The notes beneath the pieces are model-generated. The model did not search any database and was not told where the DNA came from. It saw only the letters and a list, made by a program, of their open reading frames with translations. Shown piece by piece: positions 46,867 to 59,808 of a stretch of DNA of 64,000 bases. The position numbers were made by a program, and so were the translations under genes. Position 1 is the stretch's first letter; the number at the start of each line of letters is the position of its first letter. The stretch comes from Lobosporangium transversale. Taxonomy: Eukaryota. The DNA is taken from contig NW_019028991.1 of assembly GCF_002105155.1 (NCBI RefSeq), positions 558,001-622,000 of the forward strand, written 5' to 3'.

Positions 46867-49128
46867 AGGGGAGAGAAAAAAGCTTTTGGTGGATTGACTT
46901 GGAGGCAAAAGAAGGACAAGGAGAGAGTGTTTTGGCGTGTAAGAGATAACGGATCGGTGTAGACAAAGGGGTCTCCTCTCCTTTTTCTTGCAGACATGTA
47001 ATAAATTTACAAGTGTCATATGAAAATAAAAGCTTTTTTTTAAAATGGGTGACTCAATTGAGTCGAGATTGCACATTGGTGCACAGTTTGTCTGACAGAT
47101 ATGCCATGCCTATATTTCATTCAGAGTAGCTTTGCACAACATTCATCCGTAGTCAATACCACTCATCCCATGAGTACATTCCAAGCACCGTTCTCATGCA
47201 CACTGTATCACCATTCCATCCGTCCATCGGCATTACTGAAAACGGCACAATCGCTCTACATCTCCAATCCCAATCATACACAGGGGTGTAACAGAGTGAA
47301 AAATGAAAGTCGTGAAGAGCACTGACCATTTTGGACTCACTCCGGAAGGAACATTTATAAAAAGAGGAAGTCGGATGCAGCTGCAACGGAAGTTCACCGA
47401 CAGTTAAAAGAGAATGTTTGGTAGTACTCAACACCAGGATGTAAACTGCGTTCTCATCTCTCATTCGTCCAAAAGAAAAAAAAAAAATCCCCCTCTCTGA
47501 ACTTGCCACATAGAAAAAGAGGCAACCCTTTTGTTCACAAAGACTCCATACTCTGTAGTCAAAAGGGAAAGCCTGTTCTGTCATCTAATCGCGTGGTCAT
47601 TCATCCTCAAATTAAACCAAGCTGCAGTCACCATGTCTACCTCATTCATGCATCCGGGGGCCTCTTAGCATTTACTTTGTATGTCCCAACACTCACCAAT
47701 GGCTTCAACAAGCTTTGACGGTTGGAGTACATACGAGGTTTCCAGTAAAAGATAACTTAATTCGTCGAAATGGACAAAGAAAACAATTTTTTTTAGTGAT
47801 TCACTCGCCTGCTTTCCAAGTAGACTAACAGAAGATTTAAAGTTAAAATATTTGTATCGAAATATATACTTGGACGCGCTGTTGCGTCTACAGGATTGCT
47901 CTGTGGCTATTCAACAACGATTGCTCCCTTAATGCATTTATTCATGATCTGCAGAGAAAGGTGCGCGGATGTTGCTGTTGATGAAAACGGCCATGCCCCA
48001 TTTCAAACTCATGTATGCTCTTAAAATCTAACCACAATGTAGCCTAAAGCCTTCATCTTGAAGAGGGAAAAGTAATAATCATAGTTATAGTGTTAGTACG
48101 CTGGCGAGTACAGTAGCCGGGTCTGTGCCTTAGATATGGATTTCTTCAAAAAAAAAAAAAAAAAAAAAGATGCCGTGTTTGAGTGGTAGCCCAATTTTGT
48201 TGGACAGATCCAAGCCAATGGTAGGGATCATGGGTTTAACACTACCACATTTTTGTGATCCACTCCCACCAGCCATACGCAATAATGCCTTGATACTGGT
48301 ATCAATCACAGCCCGCCATGCTTTACGCACGTCCTACGAGTAGAATTGACCCCGGACTACGGCTCGCTTGCCGTAGGGATTTAGGAGGAGATTGGTACAA
48401 AGAGTGGTCCCGGATTTGTTTTGACCCCAACCTTAGACTTAGCTGTGTCAGATTAAACATAACCTAGTTCTCAAACCTGTGCTCTACAGATGGATGAATT
48501 GAGTGATGGTTTTTACTCGATTCCTTGGCGAGCCTTGGCCCTGCTCTACTCTAAACCATAGGAGGCGTTACTTTATGCATTCAAGGCCTTGCCGTTTGAG
48601 ACTTGACTCTGGTAATAAGGGAGCAAGGAGGTGTATGTCAGATAAAAACCCTTTGAACTAGCACAGCTTGGATCCGGAGTATAAGAGCTACCCCTCGAGG
48701 ATGACTCCTTGCAGACAGTTCTGCGCGTTGTCTATTGAATCTGGGGAAAGCTATACGGAATACAGGAGTCCTTCCGTAAGCTCATCTAGCTTTCTAGTTA
48801 TGCGAAGTCGTAAGAAACAACAGAGATGAACTTAAAGACAACCTCTTTCATTCTCCACTCTTTCTTACTCATATCTTTCAACCCCTTTGTTTCACTTCTT
48901 TCAATAGTTTTCCTTTACGTCTCCATGGATTACTTTGTTGGTGTCCTGTTTGCTTTGGTGACAGGAACAGAAGAAGTCGAATACATGAAATCAACAAAGG
49001 AGAATTGAGTTGGAGAATTTGCATCTTCGCCTACTCTCTCCACCTTCACCAGCTTTTTTTTTTGTATTTGTGAGCTCGATATACCCCCTGCTTGTTCGGT
49101 AGATCAGAGAGAGTAGTACGCCTTGTTC

Positions 49129-49160
<32 letters not shown>

Positions 49161-49402
49161 AAACTAATGGATCTTTTTTGTTTGTATTATTCCTTTTTTA
49201 GTCGTGTCTGTAACTGAGATGACACAAGGCAAGGAATTAGATTTCATGCAAAAAAATCCCGTTCGCTGTGGGGACAGAAGTTTTTTTTTTGTCACTCTCA
49301 CGACTTCACCAACACATATTTCTCTCTTTTCTCTCCCAATCTCCTTTTGCCATTTGGAATTAAAATTCATTCAAGTGCTTCATTTCATTACTTTCTTCAG
49401 AG

Positions 49403-50130
49403 ATGGCAGACAGTACACGAGAGTCGCAGCCTCTTTTAAACCCCAACGGTAAGCAGTGCAGTATATTTCATGTTCATCTCACTTTAATAGAGCTAGAGCA
49501 AAAGCTCCCTTGGAAAGTTTGAAGTGATCTCACGCTGCCTCGATTTCCCACTACTGCATTTTTTCTTTTCATAGGTACCCAAAACAGGGACCGCTCAAGA
49601 TTGCGCAAAGTCCTTCCTTACGCGTTGGTTGCATTGCTCTTCATTGGTATCAGTACCATCCTCTTGATCGTCCTTGTCAAACCACACGAGGGTAAGTTAT
49701 TAAGCGATAGGAAAAAAAACAGTAACTCCGTATTTCATTCGGTGCGACAATCAATTTGTAGTTCTCTTATGAATGTGTTAACGTCTGCTTCTTATTTTAT
49801 CACCAGATGACTCTGATTCCAAGAAATCGCCTCTGTCGGACAAATTGGAGACATCTGCCATCTTTCACCATTTAGAAGAGTTGTATTCGATTGCTCAGCA
49901 GCATAACAACTCGCGCTCAATCACAAATGGTTATTTGGCCTCAGCAGAGTATGTCCAGGCCCAGCTCATAACCAATGCTAAAAAGTACTGTGACGTTTCG
50001 ACTCAAGAATTCAAGGTCCCTGTTTGGTCTGAGATCGAGGTCCCTGAAATGAGTAGCACAGGTATTGGGTCTGGAAAAGAAGAGATTCGTTACCAGAACA
50101 AGGTTGATTTTAAGAGTAAGTTAGTACATT

Positions 50131-50164
<34 letters not shown>

Positions 50165-50455
50165 GACGCGTCATACAGACATGATAAACTAAATGGACTA
50201 ACAGGTTACCGGGCAAGCGGAGTAACCTGTCGGTCCTGAGTAAAAACGTGACCGATAACATAATCTCGCGTCTTTTTATTGCAGACATGAGATATGGTGG
50301 CCGCTCTGCTACTCTTACAAAGCAGCATATTCAGGAAGTGTCTGCTCATGGCTGCCGCGCTGATGATCACAGGAAAGTCAAGGACCGAGTCGCAGTGATT
50401 GAAGAAGGCGGTCCCTGCGAGCTCTGGGATGCTGCCCATCTGGCCGAGAAAGTAC

Positions 50456-50493
<38 letters not shown>

Positions 50494-51151
50494 GCATTGT
50501 CCACAAGACAGATAAATGTCATCGAGTAAGCCATAGTGTGCCTCTTACAAACCTCTTTTTCTATTTCATACGAACATACTTTTCTTTTCGTAACAGGCCG
50601 GCGCATCTGCTGTTATCTTCTATAATCGTCCCAACCGCACTGTCTTGCTTTACTCCCGTATCCGCATCACTGAATGGAAGGAAGGTGACCCTCTGATGTC
50701 CATCCCTGTACTTGCAGCCACCAGATCCCTTGGAAAAACTCTGATCCAAAACCAGGAAACTGTTCTGCTTAACTTGAAAACCAACAACAGGTTGACTGTT
50801 GAGTCCACGATCAATGTCCTTTGTACTACTAAGAAGGGTGATGATGACGACACGATCGTGTTGGGTGCGCATCTGGACTCGGTCCCTGAAGGTCCTGGTA
50901 TGGTCGACAATGGATCTGGCGCAAGCTCATTACTTGAGATTGCATTGGTTCTAGCTAAAGCTGATTATGATTTGGAGAACAAGATCGTCTTTTCATGGTG
51001 GGGTGCTGAGGAGATTGGATTACTGGGTTCAAGACACTATGTTCGAGAGCTGAGCAAGGACTCCAAGAGAAAGGCTAAAGTTGCTATGAACATGAACTTT
51101 GACATGTTGGCCAGTCCCAACTACGTTCCATATGTAAGCTATTGGAGAAGA

Positions 51152-51188
<37 letters not shown>

Positions 51189-51727
51189 CAAAATGGTGAA
51201 CAAATTGTTTCTATACATGTTTTGGTCTAGATTCACGATGGAAAGACGGCTCCCAAAGGACTAGTTGAGCCATCTGCCAAGATTGACCACTTGTTTATCG
51301 AGTATTTTGATTACAAGAAGGAGCCGTATGAATACACGGATATGGTAGCAGGCAGTGATTTCTTGCCCTTCCTCTTGGGAGGTATCCCTTCCGGCGGTAT
51401 TCTCACAGGGGCAGGCGAGAAAAAATCGATGGAGCAACGCAAGCTTTTCGGCGGGTTCGCTAATGCGCCCCTCGATCCTTGTTACCATCAGAGGTAAAAA
51501 AAAAAAAAGAAAAAAAAAAAAAGAGCATTTTCATGGGTAACTTTTGTTTAAACTTCCTTTTTGAACTCTTCATTTTACATCGTCTCAATAGCTGTGACAC
51601 GTTGGAAAACGTGAGCAAGCGAGCATTGAAACAGATGTCGCAAGCTGCGCTCTATGCTATCACCAGAGTGGGCAAGGCCGATAATCTTCGTGAATGGCTG
51701 ACGGACCCCAAGGTCGAGCTGAAGTAA
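49403..51727 (+). CDS. M28 aminopeptidase with PA domain (aminopeptidase Y-like), type II membrane anchor, ~7 exons
   Basis: TM segment LPYALVALLFIGISTILLIVLV. Motifs LGAHLDSV..GPG..DNGSG, WWGAEEIGLLGS, NFDMLASPN, SDFLPF, DPCYHQ. Confidence 0.92.
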
Positions 51728-52091
51728 AAGACATTTTCGTTGATTTTATTGTACATAGTGTGCATAAAAATGCATCTGTAGTGTGTTTGACCAAGATCCT
51801 GGAGTCAATCCTTGCAGGATCATTGGAAGACGCGCTTGCGAAGGAGAAATACAAATAAAGAGTTTAGCGAAATTTCATATGACTATGATAGTGATGACAT
51901 GAGTCTCATTGGGACGGCACATGAAACAGCCGAAATGAAAAAAGTATATCTTGACTTCCACTTATTCTTGTCGTCCTGAATACATTCTATTCAACACCTT
52001 TTTATTCATTCATTCATTTTTTATTAATCCATCAGCTTGCAGGGAGCCGATTTAATCAGAAACATCTTTTAAAAAGAACAAAAAGGAAAAC

Positions 52092-53090
52092 ATGACCAAT
52101 TTTGATCCTGTCGTTGCACAATCAGAAATGTCTCACGGACTGTTGTTGCTCATGATTTCCGGATTCGATTCTCCACTCGGGGATGCATTCCATGCCATTC
52201 AACGGGCACTGGTACTTGTCCATCGACTCACAATAGTGATCTCAGTGATACCCTCAGCAGGGAACTCCAAAGATCCTCATAATAATGATAACATTGCTGA
52301 TACCATCAATGATAATAGTAAGGAAAATAGCAGTAGTTTTTCTAAACTGAGTCATGCTATTGAAAAAGATACGCCATCTCGTCACGGATAAACAGCGGAA
52401 CGAGACTAAAACATGTTCTTTATCGTCTTCTTCTTCCCCAGCTCCTTCCTCAGCGGTGCCTTCAGCATCATTTCATAATGTGCAAAGGCTTTTGTCCGCA
52501 TTATATGTTAGCTTTACTAAAGAGGCTATGGCCATGAAGAAGCCTCTTGCAGAGCTCGATATCGTCATTGAAGACATTTGTGGGTATCCAATTGGCACAG
52601 GTGTTGCAGATCTGGTACCTTTCGATATTTTTATTGGCTTACCTGATGGTATGTGTTGGGTGAAAAAGTCATGGCAACGATAAAATTGCGATTTTTTTTT
52701 CTTTTCTTTTCTTTTTCTCAAACTATTGCCATCTGTCATGTGTCAATGTCCTCAGCTACAAGATCTTTACAGGAACTCAATGAGAAACGAGAAAGAGTTG
52801 GGCAGACGATATTACCTCTGATCACACTTGATCTATCATCTAAAGAGGCAATGCACACTCATCTAATTGGCGCCATTGACTCAAGTCTGGATCACCATCA
52901 CCATACAGTCGCAAAGATGGGTGAATATCAGGATGTGGCTCTTGGCGGAACCTTTGATCATCTGCACGCAGGACATAAGATTCTACTCTCCATGACGGCT
53001 TGGATTACTAACCACCGAGTTGTTTGCGGTGTTACAGGTAAGCTACGTCCATTTTTTCCCTTCTGCTTGTAGAGTTTTCTCGCCTGACAC

Positions 53091-53121
<31 letters not shown>

Positions 53122-53691
53122 TGATTCTATGCTCAAGACAAAGAAGTTCAAAGAATTTATGGAGCCATTGGATGACAGAATTAAGGCTGTAGAAAGGTTT
53201 TTACATACATTCAAGCGTAAACTGGTGCTAGAGGTATCATAGCTCTCTACTACTGATCAATGTCTGATCTATACTGTTTTCAAATTCAGATTCAAATTCA
53301 AGGAAATTAATGCTAGCCTTTTCTTACAGGTGGTTCCGATTCATGACATATACGGACCAACTATAACGGATAATAAGTTGCAGGCACTCATGGTCTCGAA
53401 GGAAACATTAAAAGGAGGGGCAGCAGGTATTATAAAATTGACCTCATCTCAATCTTTATTGTCACTATCAGGTCCGGAGCCTCTGACCTGATTTTTTTCT
53501 CTCTTTATCTTAAAGTAAATGAGGAGCGAAGCAAGCGCAATCTAAGCCCACTCAACATTGAAGTCATCAATGTCATTTCACCAACAGAGATCCAAGTGGA
53601 CGAGGTCAGTCGCAAGATCAGTTCAACCTACATCCGCCAATATCTTTCAGAACAAGCTCAAGATCTGGCAGCACACGCTGGCATCATCTAG
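52092..53691 (+). CDS. CAB4: Phosphopantetheine adenylyltransferase (cytidylyltransferase-like), ~6 exons
   Basis: VALGGTFDHLHAGHKILL (HxGH), PIHDIYGPT, LMVSKETLKGG..VNEER, KISSTYIRQ. The first intron 52318-52441 restores the frame. Confidence 0.88.
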
Positions 53692-53966
53692 ACATTATGA
53701 AATTTGTTGTACTCTTTCTCAGATAGGGGACATGCATACTTGAGAATTTTATCTGGGTTTTCTGGGCAAAGATTCTGCGAAAGGAGAAAAAAAATGCTTG
53801 TAAATATAAAAGTCAAAAATGAGACTCGTCGATTTGAGAGCATGCCCAGGTTTATTGTCAATGTTTTTTTTTTTTTTTTTTTTTTTTTTTGTTTTCCAAT
53901 TTGATGTCTTTTCCAAATGACTGACAAAAAGTTCGCAAAGAAATAAATTTATATCACTACATCCAT

Positions 53967-55405
53967 CTACTTCCTGCCGCGGCTTCGAGGCAGAACATTC
54001 TTGCGTCTGTAGACATTAGTAAAGTCCTGAACCAAAGATTTGATCCTGCTCCAGTTTCCTTCCGAAGCAATACTATTAGGGACGAACCAACGGCAACACA
54101 ATCAGTTACAACAGTTCACTAAAGCATACAAAGAAATCTAGAGTATGTGCCACTAACGGCAACAACTTACGCTGTAAAATCAGCTACGGCCTTTTGCATC
54201 TCAGGAGGAGACAAATCAAGGGCAGAAATAGCCTTGCCATACCAAAGAACACTCTCTTGTGGGCAGAACATAGTCAAATCCTTGATTACGCCTGTCGCGT
54301 CGCCTTGGACTTCAGGTGGAAAAGTATAGATGACTCCTTGAAGCATATGGGATATAAACATGTCATTCTCTACAAACTGTGCTTTGACTAGTGCTGCTTC
54401 ATTAGACGAAATGCGAGGATTGTTGGATTGCGACGAAGATGAAGATCGAGGGCGTTGCAGATCGTTCACATGGTCGAGGATGATCCTGCAGTGCCTAAAG
54501 ACTGAAATTAATGAGTGTTGTTCCTTGAGCGAGAGCGAGGCGAGCATGGCTTTGAATACTGTAGGGAAGAGAGTACTTTGGATATATTCTCTCGGGCATG
54601 AAAGCATCGTGTCAGAAACCAGATTGAAGTAGTCTTCGATAACTAGTATCATGTATTCACAGTTTCAAGAAAAAAAAAAGACCAATTCATTAGTCTCCAA
54701 AAGGAAATGCAGGCCTTTTTATGTGTCTTTACTGCAGTTTTTCCTTACCGTCCGGAATCTCATTAAACTGACCAGCATACTTCTGAAAGATTTGCCACAT
54801 TGGGACACTCAGGCCCTCCACGAAGCGAAGAGTGGGGATCGGGTTTGTTTCCCCAAACTCACGCACCACTCTAGAACCAACCCAAAGATATTGGCCTAAG
54901 CCACTCTGTTCAAAGCTCTTGATAAGACGCGTCATGGTCATGGGCAATAGTGGTGCATAATGGGTTGCATAGCTAATAATAATTGAGCGCCAGCATCCGG
55001 CCAATGTCCGTGCTACATCATCAATGCGTCCAACGCGATCTGCTAATGAATCCATGATAGGCCATAGCTCTTGCACTATAGGGATGCAAGGATGAGCTTC
55101 TGCAGGAGGAACCTGCGGGTTCACAGTTTTAAAAAAGATCTTAAGTTGCGTCAAGTTATCAACAATCAAAGGGACATCATCTTCGAGGGTTCCCTGTTCC
55201 TTAGATGCAAGTCCTGCTAGCTGTTGAGCAATGGGCAAGCAAAACATTTGGAAGACTTGCGCCAACTCTGCATTAGGAACAGCAGCTACAACATGAGCCA
55301 CGGCTTCTGTCACTTCGAGAAGGTCTACGCCCTTGAGTTTCTTTGAGACTCCTACAAAGAATCCATGCAATTGGTTCAAATAGTTCAACAGATGCTACAG
55401 CCATG

Positions 55406-55436
<31 letters not shown>

Positions 55437-57724
55437 GATAAGGCGGGCAAATCATTGTGACGCATGCGATCAACAAATAGATCATAACGAGCTTACAGTG
55501 CTGCACTCTTTGCAGAGCAGCTTCATTGCAAGGGCAGATGCCGCAACAACGTCCTCATTCTCAAATCCAGAAGAGATAAAACTGAGCTGGTACTCGATGA
55601 ACTCAGGATGCTTGTCGGTCCAACTTCCATAGCGCGCAATAACCAGGGTAGCTGCATACTTGATCTTTGGGTGGTCGGGTAATTGGGAGAGAAGCTTCAT
55701 GATTTCGGGCAAAACTTCGTTCTCCTCTGGCTCAACCTGTGCACCCATCGAGCGGAGGGCCATCAGTGGAGCCTCAACCTCTTGCCACTTTGGTGGTGTC
55801 TTACTCGCAGCTTGGGTAATAAGCATGTACGCTTTTCCAAGCGGGACTCTGGATCCAAGAATCAAGCAGCAGTCTTTAAGGACATCACCCATAACATGTC
55901 GGAAATCCTTGAAATCATCTCTCTCTTTGGCACTCCAGGAGTCCAAGTCATCGGGATAATGAAGATGCTTAATCATAACATCGACCAATTTCTGGTACAC
56001 GTCTTGATATTTAAGCCTTGCTTCCTCATTCTTACGCAACTCGTCTGCCAATTGATACCAGAATCTGAATGTCATAGGAACAATATCAAGATCATGAAAG
56101 GAGGTACATTCAGCAATGCCCTCGACGATACCTCGGAAGTGATCTGTGTGCTTAACTACCAACGAAAGGTAGCACTCTCCAGCCTCGACGAAAATTTTGC
56201 AATAGCCGCGAATGTTATCTTCATTCTCGTCTTTGATATTTTTGGCAATCTCTTGACGCAGCGGTAACAAATTAGGATAGATTTCTTCAATTACAGGCAT
56301 TGACTCATCAATGTCTTTGGTCTGGTATATCAGTTCACAGACAACATCCACAGCAATGTCAAAAAGCTCCGGCATTTGAAGAGCCTTGAAAGAAAAGGCA
56401 AGGAGTGGGTTGTTGGATAAACTACTGGTAGCAATATCCCCTGATCGAAGCCAAGAAAGAAAACACCTGAATACTGCTTCCTGTAGTCTTGCATCGTCAC
56501 CTAGGAAGAAAAAGAAAAGAAAAAGAAAGTATCGATAAGACTGAAGTAGGACAAAGCAGACAAAAAATGGACTGAAAGTAATACATTTCCATATATTTAT
56601 TTATTTATTTTATTTTATTTTCTTTTTCTTTTTTTTATAGCTTACCTGAGTTTTCCATGCATACAATCAACATCTTGAGAATCTGGTTGGCATTCTGGGT
56701 CAATAGTTCATCGGAGCGTGCTCTATATTCGTCATCCTGCCATGGTGGATGGGGTAGTGGTAAAGAGGGCGCGAGTGCATTCCTGATCAGTTCAGTGTGG
56801 GTGCAAAGATGTGTCGGCTGCAGTGATGCGTCTCCAATACGTTGTGAGCGTCGTTCCTAGAGGTGAATCATCTGCAGTACAATCCAGACGACTCCATGGG
56901 AGAGATGGAGTGGATGTCGTCGCTCTTTTTTTTTCTTTTTTTTTTTGTTCTGTATCGATTGATTTATCCTACCGTCAAACTCGGGCACCGGCTGTCGTTA
57001 ACTTCTTCTGGCAACACTGTCAAGAACTCCAAGAGATACGAAAGATCTGTAGGAGACGATCCATAGAGGCTTATCATGTGGTTGACTGGCTGCTCCCATT
57101 CTAGCATCCTGAGCGACAATGCTGCCAATGCAAGGCACAATTGAGTTCTAATAATTTTTGGCGAAGTCTTGTGTTGCATTGACAGATTCAGGAGCGACTC
57201 CCGGAGTGAAGCTCTGTGTGCTGCATCGAGATCCTGAAAATCATCAACAATCTGGTAAACATGCCAAAAAAAAGATTGGCTACGTCAATAGTTTTTTTTT
57301 TTTTTTTTTTTATTTTTTTATAAAATTCGTTGCTCAAAAAATAGGTCAAAGTTATGCTTCTTACCTTGCGTCGCATGGTTTGGGCACCAAAAACCTGTGC
57401 CTCTTTTCCAATACTATCAGTAGTTAATAAGATTACCGCTGTTTGCCATGCTTCAGGCTAATACGCAAGCCAATGGAATGTCAAAAAAAAAAAAAAAAAA
57501 AAAAAAAAAAGAATGCCGAATGAAAAATACAGGTATCAGTCATGCATGGCCAGCTAGTAAGCGATGGATTATTTGTCATTTTTCATCCACCATACTTTGG
57601 CTTGAAAATCCTCGAGCCACAAATTGGCTTCTTTTTTTGCGCTATTGCTGGGCGCATTATAGAGCGCGTTTAAGGCTGCGACGGTCTGCTGGAGTGAATC
57701 TGCTGGGACAGTGGCAGTGGCCAT
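53967..57724 (-). CDS. MTR10: Transportin-SR / Mtr10 importin-beta-family karyopherin, multi-exon
   Basis: ALNALYN..KKEANLWLEDFQ, FGAQTMRRK, IRTQLCLALAAL, LLEFLTVLPEE, TFRFWY, FKDFRHVMGDVLKDC, WQEVEAPL. Confidence 0.92.
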
Positions 57725-58042
57725 GATGTGTGGTTGGAATGGGATTAGAACTGGGATTGTAATTGTGGAAGTATATTAACGAAAACAAGTAAAAATATAA
57801 ATATAAAATATACAATGACAAGGTTCTTGATTGCAATGGAAAAAAGGAAGGATTCAAGCTCAAATGACCAAAAAAATAGATTTATCACGTGGATTTATCT
57901 ACCAATAAAAATTGGTGGCAACACGGCACAAGCACAGTGACTTTCTATTACTTCAGAATTGGTTTCTCTTAGCTTTGTAGACGTTCATTCCTTCATTTAC
58001 ACCATCATAAATATTTTTTAATTTGAAAGTCATTCGTTCATA

Positions 58043-59151
58043 ATGTTAAGAGCCACACGCGTCTTGTTGGTAAGTGATACGTTAGCTATTCTATTCTATG
58101 CATCCTTTTCATTAAACAAACCGAAACATTCGCGTACTTGATTAAACGTTAGTCCTCCGGAACCCTGGTTCATAAGAGTCTTGACTCAACTACTCTCCTT
58201 CATCGATCAAGCCCTGCTGATGCTGTCAACCCTGCTGAGTTATTTGAGCCTGTTAAAAAGGCTGTCCTTATTGGTATTCCTGGAGCTTTTACTCCTGGTA
58301 CTTTTTTTTTTTTTTTTTTTTTTTCCTTTTCTGAGGAATAAAAGGTCAAGTGCTGAACAGATCATCTTGTGAAATATTTCATAGAGCTAATGACAGATGG
58401 TTATTTTTGTTTATTTCATTAGGGTGCTCAAAGGTACTCGTGCTGGAAATGCTGATTAAATAGCTTTATGGTAACTGTATTTTATAAACCAGCTGTTTGC
58501 ATTTTTAACCGAACATGTCCTTGTCAATGCTACTAGTAGACCCACGTTCCTGGCTATTTGAAGTATTATGATGAGCTAAAAAATAAGGGTGTAGATCTCA
58601 TTGGCTGCGTTTCCGTGAATGACTCATATGTCCTAAATGCCTGGAGTAAGCATCTGGAGGTCGGGGATAAAATCACAATGTTGGCCGATCCTCAAGGCAA
58701 CTTTGTCAAGGGACTTGGACTAGACTTTGATGCCTCTGGTGAGAGTTTATTAATATGTTGGAAGAAGGTGAATATTTCAAAATGATTTTATTGATTTATT
58801 TATTTGTCTCCCATTTTTCAGCTGCCCTTGGTGGACGCCGCTCCAAGCGGTTTGCAATGATCTTGGAGGTGAGTATTATGGAATATATTGAATAATCATT
58901 AGAGAATTGTATTCTGTTGGCTTAGTTTAAATGTTGTTTACGTTTTTTATATTTTATATTTTTTATTTTCTAGAACGGTAGAATTACAAAGTTGTTTGTG
59001 GAGGTAAATGGAAATTTGATGTATATGCGTCTCAATAGTTTGGACTGATGCTTGTTTCCATTGCTCATATTTCTCACCTTCTATTGTCAAATAGCCTAAC
59101 AACACCGGGCTGTCTGTCTCTTTAGCTGAGAATTTGATAAAAGAGCTCTAA
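58043..59151 (+). CDS. Prx5/Ahp1-type peroxiredoxin, ~7 exons
   Basis: Spliced PGAFTP|GCSK|THVPGY, CVSVNDSYV, MLADPQG, LGGRRSKRFAMILE. Short Arg-containing presequence MLRATRVLL. Confidence 0.9.
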
Positions 59152-59808
59152 GCTGTGCTCTTAAAACACAGGGATAATAATTATTCTAATTTGCTGCGGC
59201 GACAAAGGAAACACATCTTGTCAAAAATCTTTAGCCTGGAGGAAATAAATATCGATTCTTAAACTCTGCTTAATTATGGCATTTGATAGTTGTTATTTAT
59301 TTCGTTAAGATATGCACATGTGTCTACGAAAATGAAAAGGTATGTTGGTATCCTTAATACTCTAGATGAAGGCGCACATTTCGAGTCCAGTTGGACCCGT
59401 CCCACTTGGAGGTGGTGAGCGCCAAAGTACAGTTTGGGATAATGAGGGTGGATTGGTTGTCAATCATGGGTCTGAAGCGCATGGAAGAGCCAATCCAATG
59501 AAAGGAAAACAGGTAAGCAGAGTGTAGACCAAGATATTGCAAAGCATGTGAGTATTTTAACAAAAAAAAAAACGAATGATAGCAGAATGAGTGAGGACAA
59601 GTGGTGAAGATTGCAATATGAAGATACTTCATGGCGTTTTTGCTGGTCCTTCCGGCAGAAATCCGTTCATCAGAGGCTGGTATGAATAACTTTCTAAAAC
59701 CTACAGTAAAAAGCACGTTTTTTTTCCTTCTCTTTTTTTCTTTCTTTTCTTTTTTTTATTACCTCGTTTTATTACCAAATGCCATGACCTACACAAACAA
59801 ACACACTT

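Noticed and set aside
46674..47076. Several ORFs with poly-K/E/S/F runs
   Set aside because: Translations of poly-A and (GAGGAA)n microsatellites.
48091..48822. Possible solo LTR (TGTT...AACA) with a small internal hairpin near 48357-48376
   Set aside because: Flanks TATAG and GAGAT do not form a TSD, terminal complementarity is only 4 bp, and there is no second copy.
59354..59720. 120-aa ORF or possible transposon remnant between the peroxiredoxin and the monooxygenase
   Set aside because: No motif, and I found no matching pair of inverted termini.
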